A DNA stretch of 64,000 nt from a virus (IMGVR_UViG_3300027969_002881:63887-127886), one strand, 5' to 3'. Counted from the stretch's first letter, positions 1 to 10,323 are shown. Numbers and translations are program-made. The notes: generated from the letters alone by a model not told the origin.

Positions 1-415
1 ATACAATATCATAGTTATCACTGTTCAGCGTCAGTGATTCTTGCTGAAATATATTTTTAATTAAATTAAAGTTAGCACTTTTAGAGACATGTAGTTCCCA
101 TACTTGCCTAATAGTTAATTCTCTTGTCAATATTTTATCGCGAACATTTAAAATGTTTTCTCTTTGTCCATATAAAGAATCAACTTGCTCAGGATTATTC
201 ATAACGTCCCAAAAGAATTGTGCGTCCCATTTATCGCAAACGTCCAGAGTATGACTTGATTTCATGCCACTTAATATAGACAATGTACTTTTGCCAAAGG
301 CAGCACCCACTTCTAATATTCTGGTATTATCTGGTAATAATTTTACTAAGTTAGTAATTTGATCAGACTGTGTTTTGTTTATCCAGCCTGGGATATCATC
401 ATTTAATATCATCAT
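1..415 (-). CDS. Class I SAM-dependent methyltransferase, 3' end cut by the window edge (not in ORF track)
   Basis: Hand translation MMILNDDIPGWINKTQ...RILEVGAAFGKSTLSIL...LDVCDKW shows motif I (LEVGxxxG) and an acidic motif II; ATGA overlap with the upstream gene at 412-415. Confidence 0.75.
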   Translation of the reverse strand, partial: MMILNDDIPGWINKTQSDQITNLVKLLPDNTRILEVGAAFGKSTLSILSGMKSSHTLDVCDKWDAQFFWDVMNNPEQVDSLYGQRENILNVRDKILTRELTIRQVWELHVSKSANFNLIKNIFQQESLTLNSDNYDIV

Positions 416-1236
416 TTTTTAATTGTGGACATCATCGATAATCCACATTTCATAGTTACACCACTGGCAGGAAAGTTAACGCCTGCATGAGCTTGACAAC
501 GATCAAACACAATAATGCCGCCGCGCTTCCAGTTGTATACACCTTCTAATTCGAATCCTTCTAGCCACTTTTTATTAAAATGTCTAAAATATCTATTGTA
601 TATTTCATCGCTGATTGTTTGCCGATTCCAATCAACTTCCCAGATACTGCCATCACGTTTGTAGCATACTAAGTTATCATAATTGCGTACTGTATAGAAT
701 ACATTTGTATCATACTTAGGATCACCTTTAGCAAAGTTTGTTCCATACATTAGGAATCTGTTTTTAAAGATTGCTGTGCCGCAGTCTAATTCTGTGCTTT
801 CTCCTTTGTTCTTATCACAAACCCACAATGGGATAATAAACTGTTTTCCTGGAACACTGTTGCTGTCCTTTAATGTATTAGGATTACCTGTATCGATATG
901 CAAATTATAAGGCGTGGCCGTAATTAAAAAGTTACCTTCCCAAAGTGAGTCGTTGGTTAGTTCAGGAATAACTTCCTTTAATTTACCAAAAAATTTATCT
1001 TGAATGCGTTTATTATCTACATTGAAATGTAACGTTCCGTTGCGTTTAACTCTACGACTGCGATGTTCGCGATGCATTAAATCTTCTAACCAGACTAATT
1101 CTTCTTCATCAAAAACATTATCTACAGCATAGCTACTATCACTCCAGGTGCTCATCCACTTGAGATGTTCTGCAGAATCAACAGGGATAAATTCTTTTAC
1201 TAGATTATCTCCGTGTACGTATTCTAAATTAACCAT
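412..1236 (-). CDS. 2OG-Fe(II) oxygenase-superfamily protein
   Basis: HxD (NLHIDTG), FIIPL strand, distal His in IIVFDRCQAHAG. Confidence 0.6.
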   Translation of the reverse strand: MVNLEYVHGDNLVKEFIPVDSAEHLKWMSTWSDSSYAVDNVFDEEELVWLEDLMHREHRSRRVKRNGTLHFNVDNKRIQDKFFGKLKEVIPELTNDSLWEGNFLITATPYNLHIDTGNPNTLKDSNSVPGKQFIIPLWVCDKNKGESTELDCGTAIFKNRFLMYGTNFAKGDPKYDTNVFYTVRNYDNLVCYKRDGSIWEVDWNRQTISDEIYNRYFRHFNKKWLEGFELEGVYNWKRGGIIVFDRCQAHAGVNFPASGVTMKCGLSMMSTIKK

Positions 1237-1240
1237 GATA

Positions 1241-1996
1241 TTAATGTCCTTTTATGATATTTATTTGTTCTAAGATGTATTCTGCTAAAAATTTATAGGC
1301 ATGTTCGTCAAAATGCTTGCAGGAATATTGTTTAAAACCCGAATTCAATAAGAGTTGTGTCATGCCGAATGTACTGTCCCATGCATCTGCATATCTAATT
1401 ATGGGTAATTTTTTTCCTAATAAAGACATTTTGGGCAATACCTCTGGGTGTAATACAGTGGAAGTAAAAAAAGATTCTATATTTAAATCGTCTAGCACCG
1501 CCTTAAGAGAAAATAAACTGTTGCGTAAAATTTTTTCACTAAATATATCATCGTTAAAACTTTCGTAATGCATACGTACAAAGTCTGAGAATTTATGGTT
1601 AGTAAAGTCCAGGCACCACGAACCAATGCCGCCGGCTATAATTTCAGTATGTATAGTATCATAATGTAGTGGATCTTCTGGCACTATAGTCAATGTTCGA
1701 CCAGTATTATGATTGACTGGCAATTCAAATCTAGATAATTCTGATCCTGCAAAAATTACTAGATATTTTTCATTATGACTATACTCTTGCTCTAGATATT
1801 CATAGAGTACCCTAATTGAACGATAATTAGATCCTCCCGGTGCTCCTAAATTCACAGAAGTTTTAAAATTACCCGCTTTTTCTAATTGTCGAACCCAGCT
1901 TCTGTTATGGCAAGATTCTGCATTCAAATCATCTCCTAAATGACCGTATACAAAGCTATCACCAACTACAACAAGGGTTGTGTCATTGAATACCAT
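1241..1996 (-). CDS. SGNH/GDSL-like hydrolase or acyltransferase (copy 1 of 6)
   Basis: VVVGDSF block I, NLGAPGGSN block II, C-terminal CKHFDE His. Confidence 0.7.
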   Translation of the reverse strand: MVFNDTTLVVVGDSFVYGHLGDDLNAESCHNRSWVRQLEKAGNFKTSVNLGAPGGSNYRSIRVLYEYLEQEYSHNEKYLVIFAGSELSRFELPVNHNTGRTLTIVPEDPLHYDTIHTEIIAGGIGSWCLDFTNHKFSDFVRMHYESFNDDIFSEKILRNSLFSLKAVLDDLNIESFFTSTVLHPEVLPKMSLLGKKLPIIRYADAWDSTFGMTQLLLNSGFKQYSCKHFDEHAYKFLAEYILEQINIIKGH

Positions 1997-3389
1997 TGAA
2001 AATATCTTTCATTTCAGGAAACGTAGCATAGAAATCCGTGCCTCGCTGTTTATCCAAAAGTTCGATATATTCTTTCATTTCTGGTAAACGTACACTCCAG
2101 TCCTCGCTCTTAGCAAACTTGACCATACCGCGCAGACGTTCGATGCCATAGTCAGCGTTTAGCCACATCTCTTCAGTGACTTTGCCCTTATGCCATTCAG
2201 GGACACCTAGTTGCCAATTAGCTTTCCACCATGGAATAAATTCTTCATACTTGCGTTCAATTTCATCTTTAAACCATGCTGGCAATATTTTAACATTTAA
2301 GTGCGGTGGATGGTAAACAAAATGATAATTGATACCGCCTGCGCCAAATGGCCACATGTTAATCTTCTTAAAGCCGTGTTCAAGTTTCCATTTTAGGAAC
2401 TCTGGAATATAATAAATGTTTAATGCTTGTACTGCACAGGCAATAGAAACTTCTGTGTTAGATCCTGTTTCCTGATCTAACTGTCTAAATGCTTCCAAGT
2501 TTCTTCCCCATACACTTGGATAACGAATGTAATCATTTCTATCTTCGATGGCATCAACACTATAATGATAACGAACCAACTTAAAGTGACTCCACAATTC
2601 AAACAAGTCTTCACGCCATTCGACACCATTACTGTTGTATCGAATTTCCATGTCCTTGGCATAACCTCGTTTGATACATTCTTCGAGAATCATATAATGT
2701 TCTTCAATGATCAATGGTTCGCCACCTGCAAAATATAACTGTTTCATGTTAGGAATCTGTTCCCATAACTGTGTCCAGAACTCAGGATTGTTTTTATGCC
2801 AATTGTAACTAGCACCATTCTCTTTGCCTTTATTACCCCATTGCATTGTATCTTTGAGAGTTTCGTTTTTAATCTCTGGATACATTGTATTCCATTCAGG
2901 GACCCATAAACTGCTATCATGCGGGCTACACATTACGCAGGCCAGATTACATTTAGTACCAAAGCGCATGTCAATGTAAGCAATGTGCGGAGGAACTGAT
3001 CCATCTTCTTGTGTGTCTGCTAATAGCTTGTCAAGGTCGACACGTTCGCTCCAATATTTGGTTTCCCATTCACGCTTAGATTTATGGCCTTCTCGTTCTT
3101 CTTTATAACATTTAGTGCAACTAGCAGGTTCTTCCCCAGCAAGCATCTTAAGTCTAGTGTTTTTCATGTAGTCATTATTCCAACTACTTAGAAAGTCTGT
3201 GTGATTTAAGTTAGCAGGTTTGCCGTCGGCATTTTTCAGAATACCAACTTCTCCGCCATGGACTTTATCATTGGTTGCGCCCACTGAGCTGGCATTAGCA
3301 GTACAGCACACACGCATATGGCCATTGGGACGAGTGCTTAAATGTACCCATGGCAGGATGCAAAACGTTTTACTTATTTCTTTAGTCAT
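1983..3389 (-). CDS. Radical SAM protein with N-terminal twitch/SPASM domain
   Basis: FCILPW...RVCC...CTKCY auxiliary cluster motif, then CNLACVMC and FAGGEP. Confidence 0.9.
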   Translation of the reverse strand: MTKEISKTFCILPWVHLSTRPNGHMRVCCTANASSVGATNDKVHGGEVGILKNADGKPANLNHTDFLSSWNNDYMKNTRLKMLAGEEPASCTKCYKEEREGHKSKREWETKYWSERVDLDKLLADTQEDGSVPPHIAYIDMRFGTKCNLACVMCSPHDSSLWVPEWNTMYPEIKNETLKDTMQWGNKGKENGASYNWHKNNPEFWTQLWEQIPNMKQLYFAGGEPLIIEEHYMILEECIKRGYAKDMEIRYNSNGVEWREDLFELWSHFKLVRYHYSVDAIEDRNDYIRYPSVWGRNLEAFRQLDQETGSNTEVSIACAVQALNIYYIPEFLKWKLEHGFKKINMWPFGAGGINYHFVYHPPHLNVKILPAWFKDEIERKYEEFIPWWKANWQLGVPEWHKGKVTEEMWLNADYGIERLRGMVKFAKSEDWSVRLPEMKEYIELLDKQRGTDFYATFPEMKDIFNGIQ

Positions 3390-3394
3390 ATTAT

Positions 3395-3402
3395 TATTTA
3401 CT
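3395..3402 (-). promoter_or_regulatory. T4-late-type promoter variant AGTAAATA, 5 nt before the ATG at 3389
   Basis: TAAATA core in a 21-nt intergenic gap with the same spacing as other copies. Confidence 0.5.
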
Positions 3403-3410
3403 CGTATATT

Positions 3411-3713
3411 TTATATATTATTTTTATCTGCTCTATTTAATGCACTATCTGGATTTTCTGTACCACAAACCTTTAAACAAGTCTTAAACGGATCATCAGT
3501 TACCCAGCTTTGTTCTACTACAGCATACGCAGATTCAATTTGGTCTCGTGGATATGTGATAAACGCATGATCAAATTTGTCTCCCATGAATTCTTTTAGT
3601 GCTTCGTAGCGATTCTTGTCAGTGACTAACCAACAACACGGGGTTACTAGTCCTGTAAATTCTATAAAGGCACCAGGAAATTTTTTACAGTAAGGATTTA
3701 TTTTTGTAGTCAT
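3411..3713 (-). CDS. Stand-alone SPASM/twitch Fe-S binding domain
   Basis: YCKKF...GLVTPCCW...TCLKVCG matches the C-terminal domains of the neighbouring radical SAMs. Confidence 0.75.
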   Translation of the reverse strand: MTTKINPYCKKFPGAFIEFTGLVTPCCWLVTDKNRYEALKEFMGDKFDHAFITYPRDQIESAYAVVEQSWVTDDPFKTCLKVCGTENPDSALNRADKNNI

Positions 3714-4356
3714 TGAATTCTTTTTCTATTTCATTGAATGGTTTGGTGGTTGCCAACCAGGTATTTTCGTTGGTTTCATCTACTAGACTATGCTGTAGGA
3801 AAAATAAATCAAACCCCATAGTTTTACTTAGCTCATAACTTGATTTAATTGTATCTTGATTATAAGAAAATACCAAGTGTTTCCAATATATTTTTGGACC
3901 TGCGCCAAGTTGTTTTTTGTATTCGATACAGGTTCTAGCCGCGTTGCTCACATCATCCCATTTAGCGTTTATTCTATATTGGTTAAAATTATCGGGTGTG
4001 CCATCTATGCTGAATATTAATGTGTCGTTGGTATTCATCGACGACATCAATGATTGCCACCATTCAGTGCTTTTGCCACTGCCATTGGTATGTATCATGA
4101 TTACTAAATTAGCATCATTGTTCTTCAGTGACTGAATCAAACCCACAAGATCTTTTGAATATATTGGATCTCCCCAATTGCCACAAAATAATATTCTCTC
4201 AGGCTTAGCATCTATTAAGAACTTTTTAAAGTATTCAGTGTCTAGATCAAACATACTTTGAATGTATCTACCACCTACGCTAGTTCTTGCACATTCAGGA
4301 CATAACAGTCTACATCTGTTAGTTAAGCCCACATGTAAATCTTTAAAATTAAACAT
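3685..4356 (-). CDS. Radical SAM core lacking a C-terminal SPASM domain (start moved from 4380 to the ATG at 4356)
   Basis: CRLLCPEC, FCGNWGDP, HTNG, FSIDG. Confidence 0.85.
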   Translation of the reverse strand: MFNFKDLHVGLTNRCRLLCPECARTSVGGRYIQSMFDLDTEYFKKFLIDAKPERILFCGNWGDPIYSKDLVGLIQSLKNNDANLVIMIHTNGSGKSTEWWQSLMSSMNTNDTLIFSIDGTPDNFNQYRINAKWDDVSNAARTCIEYKKQLGAGPKIYWKHLVFSYNQDTIKSSYELSKTMGFDLFFLQHSLVDETNENTWLATTKPFNEIEKEFNDYKNKSLL

Positions 4357-4357
4357 A

Positions 4358-5422
4358 TTAAAGTACCTTATAATTTCCAATTGGAAGTTTTTCTAAATTC
4401 TTAACACTACAAACTTCTGTGCAACGATAAATTCTATCTTCTTTACCAAACCCATGTTCGGTTGATTTCCAACTTGCCACTAAATCATTGACATAAAATT
4501 CATGTTTCAATATATCACTTATACTGTTTTCACTGATATCATTCCATTTATCTGATCCATAAACTTCGTACAAACGTTTGAGTAGTATATCCATTTTACC
4601 TTGATCATTTGTAATCAAACCATTTTGCATAAAACAGCAGGGCCATAGTTTGCTGTCAAAACTAATAAAGTACATTTTCTTTTCTTTATTATTACAACAT
4701 ATATCGTTGTTTACTGTGTTTTTTAAGTTGTTATTAATATCAATCAATGATGACACTGGTATATGCCTATCTGCTATAGCGTTTTTACGCTGTTGCACTA
4801 CATCCAAGCCCAATGATGTAATCAAACTTCTATCATGTCTGCTGGCAAATTGACAAAAACCCATGTTAACACTGAGTTCTTTAGCCTGAGTTATTTGATG
4901 CTCATTCCATGGAAATATCAAATATTGCCAAAACGCTCTACCGCCTTCATTGATAAAAGTTTCTGCATTTTCCATGATCTTAGACCATGTGGTGTTTTGC
5001 CTATACAAATGGTTGGTGTCTTCTAAACCATCAATGCTGAATTTAAGCATATGATTATAATTCTTTTTTAACACAGCGGCTAATTTTTTCCAATATGCTA
5101 CATTACGCAAACTGGCATTTGTATGTATTATGATGTTATATCTACCAACTGTGCTGGCAAAATCTAAGAACTCTAGAAATTCAGGATGCATCAGCGGATC
5201 GTCGATTGTTCCGCAAAACTCTAATTCTTCTACAGTAGCAAACTCTGGTGCAGTTAAAATCTTTTTAAATACATCAAATGAAATATATTGTTTGTCTGGA
5301 ATTGAAAACTTCTTATTTAAAAACGTTCTGGCATCAGTTCTAACACAACCTAAACAAAGAGCATTACACATTGAACTTAGTTCAAATTGAAGTTTTGTTG
5401 GGCCTGTTAAATAATTATTCAT
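4358..5422 (-). CDS. Radical SAM/SPASM(twitch) protein
   Basis: CNALCLGC, CGTIDDP, HTNA, FSIDG; C-terminal C...WPCC...CTEVC. Confidence 0.9.
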   Translation of the reverse strand: MNNYLTGPTKLQFELSSMCNALCLGCVRTDARTFLNKKFSIPDKQYISFDVFKKILTAPEFATVEELEFCGTIDDPLMHPEFLEFLDFASTVGRYNIIIHTNASLRNVAYWKKLAAVLKKNYNHMLKFSIDGLEDTNHLYRQNTTWSKIMENAETFINEGGRAFWQYLIFPWNEHQITQAKELSVNMGFCQFASRHDRSLITSLGLDVVQQRKNAIADRHIPVSSLIDINNNLKNTVNNDICCNNKEKKMYFISFDSKLWPCCFMQNGLITNDQGKMDILLKRLYEVYGSDKWNDISENSISDILKHEFYVNDLVASWKSTEHGFGKEDRIYRCTEVCSVKNLEKLPIGNYKVL

Positions 5423-6375
5423 ATTTTTACCTTAGGTATCAATACGTCATTGGTACAGGTGCAATATTTAATTGTACATATCTCAGGAACTAACGCTGGC
5501 AATCCTTTAAAATCAATGATGTTACCAATTAGTTCGGCTTGGTTACAAGCACTTTTTCTAATATTTCCATAAGCATCAAGTAAGATGTGATTGATACCCA
5601 TTGTACATTCCCAACCAGTGAAAGTGTTCTTTAAATTATTAACATACTCAACTTCATCTAGATGCTCGACATGTCCATTGTCAAATTCTATAGAATTTTC
5701 TCCATAATAGTTATTTTCTGGTGGGGGGAATCCTGTTCCTTTAATTCCTAATCCACTATTAGCTTCTAACCATGCCAATTGTTCATTATTATATTCGTAG
5801 CTGGCATCACTTTGCTGACTTTCTCGTTTAAACACTCTACTAGGTTCTAATGTAATATCTTTAAAAGTTTTGAATCTCTCAAAAGCATCCTGTGATTTAG
5901 ACCACAGTGGCGGATACATAAGTGTAAATACTCCTACATTTGTTTGTGTGCCAATGTATTCGACTTTTTCGAATATACTGTCATCTACACTTTCTGGATG
6001 GTAACTGATAGTTACTTTGTAAATTTTTTTAGCATAATCTTTCCACCAATCTAAGCTTCGGCTGCCATTTGTGTTAACATATAAACACCAACCCTTTTCA
6101 TTACAAAACTCAATGATTGTTTCTAGACTAGGACTAATTGTAGGCTCGCCACCATTTAAAAAGATGTGTACGCTACGGCCGTGTAATTGTTCTGCTAATT
6201 TAATTAGAAAATCTTTTATAATTTTCGGATCTTCTAATTTATTTTTTAGAACATTTACTCCACGATGCAACAATTCAGGGCAGTAACTACAGTGATAAGT
6301 GCAAAGACTATTAATAGTCCAGTCCAAGACGAATCGATTGACTTCATTGTATATTTTAATAGGGTTCATTATCAA
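5419..6375 (-). CDS. Radical SAM/SPASM(twitch) protein
   Basis: CTYHCSYC, NGGEP, NTNG; C-terminal WECTMG...SAC...CTIKYCTC. Confidence 0.9.
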   Translation of the reverse strand: MIMNPIKIYNEVNRFVLDWTINSLCTYHCSYCPELLHRGVNVLKNKLEDPKIIKDFLIKLAEQLHGRSVHIFLNGGEPTISPSLETIIEFCNEKGWCLYVNTNGSRSLDWWKDYAKKIYKVTISYHPESVDDSIFEKVEYIGTQTNVGVFTLMYPPLWSKSQDAFERFKTFKDITLEPSRVFKRESQQSDASYEYNNEQLAWLEANSGLGIKGTGFPPPENNYYGENSIEFDNGHVEHLDEVEYVNNLKNTFTGWECTMGINHILLDAYGNIRKSACNQAELIGNIIDFKGLPALVPEICTIKYCTCTNDVLIPKVKI

Positions 6376-7549
6376 ACCATTCTATGTATTCTGGAAAAAC
6401 TGTTCTCCAGTTCGTATTTCTAATTGAGTCTATGTTAGTTATTGCTTTTCTAAACAATTTAGCATTAGATGTATCATTGGAAATATTAAATTTTAAATTA
6501 CTATACCAACCGTTGATAAATTTATGACCCACATTACTAGACTTGACATATTCTTCTAACTTAGTTAGTTCTGGTAGAAATCTATGATCTAATATCTCTG
6601 TTCTAAAAAACTTTTGATGCGGATAATTGTAATCAAACTTTATATTGTAAGATGAAAAGAATTTAACAAAGTCAACTATATTTACTATGCTAAACGGATT
6701 TATTGTTAATCTGATGTTATGTTGATCTGATTTTGAATTATGTATTTTGAAATTATCGACGAAATTACTCCAAACCAATCCTCCCCTAACATATTCAGCA
6801 CGTTCTTCTAAATTTTCTACGCTAGTAGTTATTAGTAATTTAAGATTATATTTGGACTTTAATTCTTTTACCATTTCATAAAAATGAAGTAAATTATGAA
6901 TATCAACATTTGTGTTCGTTGATATCGACATTCGTACTGATCTATCTTTGTCTTTTTCACAAAATGTTTGTAATATTGTTTTGATATTTTCATTGAAATT
7001 GTCAACAATAAATGGTTCTCCACCAGTGAGGCCAATCTCCATCACCTTCACTGAGCTAGGGATAGAATCGACGAATTGTATAATATGTTCAAAATTTATT
7101 ACTGGGTCTATTTTTTCTTTAGCCCAAGAGAATATTTCTCCAGTATCATTTTTTACCCAGCTACCGTATCTAGCAATAGAACTGCTTAACGTATAAGTGC
7201 AATAGTAACAAGTTTGATTGCATAGCGAGCTGGTTTGTAAATTTAAGTTTATAATGGTAGATGGTATTTGGCGACTAGTTCTCCAGCTAGCTTTTCCGGC
7301 TGCCTCTAAATCCCAACAATCTTTACATCTGGCAGTTTTAATTCCCTGTGATAATTCTGTTCTTGCTTTTATTGTTTCAGTGTTATTGCTAAAATAGTTA
7401 AAGCCTAATTCTTTTACTTCATTGATGTTTAACTGTATGGGTTCAAATTTGCAACAGTGACTCATTTCCCCGCTGATCAGATTTATATCGTAAGAGTTAT
7501 ATAATTCATTGCATTTAATCGCTGCCATGGATATCTTTCCATTTGACAT
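6356..7549 (-). CDS. Radical SAM protein with N-terminal twitch domain (start may be the ATG at 7528)
   Basis: C...SHCC...CKDCW, then CNQTCYYC and TGGEP. Confidence 0.85.
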   Translation of the reverse strand: MSNGKISMAAIKCNELYNSYDINLISGEMSHCCKFEPIQLNINEVKELGFNYFSNNTETIKARTELSQGIKTARCKDCWDLEAAGKASWRTSRQIPSTIINLNLQTSSLCNQTCYYCTYTLSSSIARYGSWVKNDTGEIFSWAKEKIDPVINFEHIIQFVDSIPSSVKVMEIGLTGGEPFIVDNFNENIKTILQTFCEKDKDRSVRMSISTNTNVDIHNLLHFYEMVKELKSKYNLKLLITTSVENLEERAEYVRGGLVWSNFVDNFKIHNSKSDQHNIRLTINPFSIVNIVDFVKFFSSYNIKFDYNYPHQKFFRTEILDHRFLPELTKLEEYVKSSNVGHKFINGWYSNLKFNISNDTSNAKLFRKAITNIDSIRNTNWRTVFPEYIEWFDNEPY

Positions 7550-8294
7550 AATACTCTATGTCTTTACTGGGCACAACAAAATCTGACAACATCAACGGTA
7601 ATTCAAATCTGTTATTTTCTATTGTATCTATTATTTTATTAGCTAGTATCATATTGTTTTCTTCTGATAAATGACACTTGCGATAGTCAGTGAAGTATTT
7701 ATCGTCTTTTATGTGACCAAAATTAATGTCATTATTTTTATATTTTTCTACAAAACCTAGACTATGCTGTTCCATAAATTGAACTTCTATTAGACTAGTC
7801 TCATCGCCAATATCTTCAACTGAATCGTTGAAACAATTAATAAAAATTGTATTGTTAGTAGATCTCTTAAGTTTGTCAAGCAATGCATAGTGAAATTCTT
7901 TTTCTACTTCGTAGTCTTTCCAATAAGCATAGTATGTTACCAGACTAGAATAAACATTTTTTAACAACTCGTAATTCTCAGGAGGGAATTTTTCATTACG
8001 CATTTGAAATGTCAATAGAGATGATAAGTTATTATAGCCCGCTCTAGACACATTTTCTTCTAAGAATTTAGAATATAATCTATGTGTTTCTGTAATTAAA
8101 AATATGTTTACATCGTATTTGTCATGATGTTCTTGGAACTTTTTGTAACTCCAATAAAAGCTAGTACCTTGTGCGGCATAATTAGTAACTGTATTATATT
8201 TTTCTTTAACTACATCAACCCAAGCAGGGCCTTGAATATCTCTAGACTCAATTTCATATGAAGCAAAGCTGTCGCCATATATTGCTATTCTCAT
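7515..8294 (-). CDS. SGNH-like protein (copy 2)
   Basis: IYGDSF, NYAAQGTS, C-terminal KCHLS. Confidence 0.65.
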   Translation of the reverse strand: MRIAIYGDSFASYEIESRDIQGPAWVDVVKEKYNTVTNYAAQGTSFYWSYKKFQEHHDKYDVNIFLITETHRLYSKFLEENVSRAGYNNLSSLLTFQMRNEKFPPENYELLKNVYSSLVTYYAYWKDYEVEKEFHYALLDKLKRSTNNTIFINCFNDSVEDIGDETSLIEVQFMEQHSLGFVEKYKNNDINFGHIKDDKYFTDYRKCHLSEENNMILANKIIDTIENNRFELPLMLSDFVVPSKDIEYYVKWKDIHGSD

Positions 8295-9466
8295 TTAAAC
8301 TGTTCCTCAAATGCATCATGTGTAGTGCCGCAAGTCTTGGCACATACTGCCAGTTTTCCTTCGGCACAGCTATTTTTATTCCAGCTATTAGGGATAATTT
8401 CCTGCATAAATTTACCTTCAACAACATGCTTAATGCTATGTTGTTTCAAGTCAAGTGAATCTAAGCCAGCTTCATTGATAGCGTTCCATATTTGACCGCC
8501 CTTAGCTTTCCAATACCAAACATACATTTGACCAGCTGTCCAACAACACGGTTGTAAATATCCTTCAGCTGTGACATAAATGCTTTTCTCTTCTGCTACT
8601 TTACATTTGATAGGTACAGTGTCCCAATACTTTTCCATGGGCTTTTTCTTTTCTGGATCAGCGGTAAATTTTTGAGCACCAACTCGACCTTTTAATCCAT
8701 TTACTGTAGTTATGAGATCATTTGGGTTTGTATTATCCTGTCTTTTAGCAATGTTTTCTAAATCTTTAATAGCGGCATTATGATATTTTGGATCAGTGGG
8801 CATTGTCAACAACGTAGTAGCAACTCCTTTGCGATTGCCAGCCTGATGGTCTTGTTTAACTTCGCCGCGAGTATTACTAAAAAATCTATTACTCTTTTTA
8901 ATGTTAAACTTTTCAAAGCCCATCTTAGTTGCTAATGTCTGTGCTTCTTCTACTTGATGTTCATTGTGTGCAAATACAATATAGTCCCAACGTGCTCTGC
9001 CGCCCGCATCTATAAATGCCTGAGCATTTTCCATTATCTTAGTCCACACAGTTCCTTGACGATATAAATGATTAGTGTCTTCTAATCCATCTACGCCAAA
9101 TATAACGTAACCTTTTTTTCCTATTACACCCGCAAGCTTGGCCCACCATTCAGGCTTTTTCATACTGCCATTTGTATGCATACTAAGATTAAGGCTTGAG
9201 TTATGTTCTCTAAAATAAGCAAACGCTTCTAATGTATCTGCAGCTACGGCGGGATCACCATAGTTGCCGCACATATACAATCTGTTTAACTGTTTAATAA
9301 ACTCTACAGGGAATATGTGTTTAATGTCAGCAATGCCGAGTTCTGCGCCGTGTAACAATGGGCTTACTTCGCCCCCATTTAAATTCCTAGCACACATAGG
9401 ACAAGAGGCATTACATGCTTCTGTCATTTCTAAATGCACAGTGGTAATATCACTGTAATTATACAT
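8291..9466 (-). CDS. Radical SAM/SPASM(twitch) protein
   Basis: CNASCPMC, CGNYGDP, HTNG, FGVDG; C-terminal KC...QPCC...CAKTC. Confidence 0.9.
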   Translation of the reverse strand: MYNYSDITTVHLEMTEACNASCPMCARNLNGGEVSPLLHGAELGIADIKHIFPVEFIKQLNRLYMCGNYGDPAVAADTLEAFAYFREHNSSLNLSMHTNGSMKKPEWWAKLAGVIGKKGYVIFGVDGLEDTNHLYRQGTVWTKIMENAQAFIDAGGRARWDYIVFAHNEHQVEEAQTLATKMGFEKFNIKKSNRFFSNTRGEVKQDHQAGNRKGVATTLLTMPTDPKYHNAAIKDLENIAKRQDNTNPNDLITTVNGLKGRVGAQKFTADPEKKKPMEKYWDTVPIKCKVAEEKSIYVTAEGYLQPCCWTAGQMYVWYWKAKGGQIWNAINEAGLDSLDLKQHSIKHVVEGKFMQEIIPNSWNKNSCAEGKLAVCAKTCGTTHDAFEEQFK

Positions 9467-10323
9467 TATTTTACTCCGTAAAGAGCGTACCTTTTATATT
9501 TAGGAAATGTAATTTCTCCGCGATAGTAAATTGTTGTCATTGGATACTTTCTTAAAAAGTCTGGCAACGTTTCGGAGTAATTAATATGCTCTTCAATGGG
9601 ATCGCTGTTATTTTCGATGAACACAGTTGTACCTGACTTTAATTTGTTAAACCATTCGGTGTCCATATGTTCACTGCTGGTATTGATAACCAAGTCTGCA
9701 TCTAGAATCTTATCATAGAAGGTTAGATTGTTTTCATGGTCAAAACAATCGTTGATAGATTTATTTTCAACGTAAGCATCTGGATTAATAATTTCTATCA
9801 ATTCGTTGATACTAGCATCTGGATCAATGCTAAACAATTTGTTATAATTAATGTCTTTAAGATATAGGCTATGATGTGTTAGCCAGCCGCCGATTAATAA
9901 TACGTTTGTAAAATTTAAGTTAAACTTGGACAAAATTTCAGCCATCCATATCTTACTAAGTACTTGACTTTTAGAAAAAATTATAGGTAATACAACTTCG
10001 TAACCTTCATCGATCATTTTAAAAAGTTTACGAATAAATTCATCTTCTGGCCATATAGAATATAAAGTACCAACAATATCTCTTGTAGTGACTTCGTCTA
10101 GTGAACATACATTTGTGTAAAAATTTAATCGATCTTCACGGAACGCTACTGGATACTTGTTATAGTCATCGGATATTAAATTTTTAAGAGACCATGGCTT
10201 TGATTGTTGATCTGCATATTTTAGATTTATAATATTTCTTATAAATTGCTTTTTTCTTACATCTTGTGTAAAATGAAAATATTTTTCTATTCCAAAAAGC
10301 CACGTGATTTTATCTGTGTCCAT
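9466..10323 (-). CDS. Putative class I SAM-dependent methyltransferase
   Basis: VLLIGGW motif I, SIDPD acidic motif, DLVINTSSEH. Confidence 0.6.
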   Translation of the reverse strand: MDTDKITWLFGIEKYFHFTQDVRKKQFIRNIINLKYADQQSKPWSLKNLISDDYNKYPVAFREDRLNFYTNVCSLDEVTTRDIVGTLYSIWPEDEFIRKLFKMIDEGYEVVLPIIFSKSQVLSKIWMAEILSKFNLNFTNVLLIGGWLTHHSLYLKDINYNKLFSIDPDASINELIEIINPDAYVENKSINDCFDHENNLTFYDKILDADLVINTSSEHMDTEWFNKLKSGTTVFIENNSDPIEEHINYSETLPDFLRKYPMTTIYYRGEITFPKYKRYALYGVK

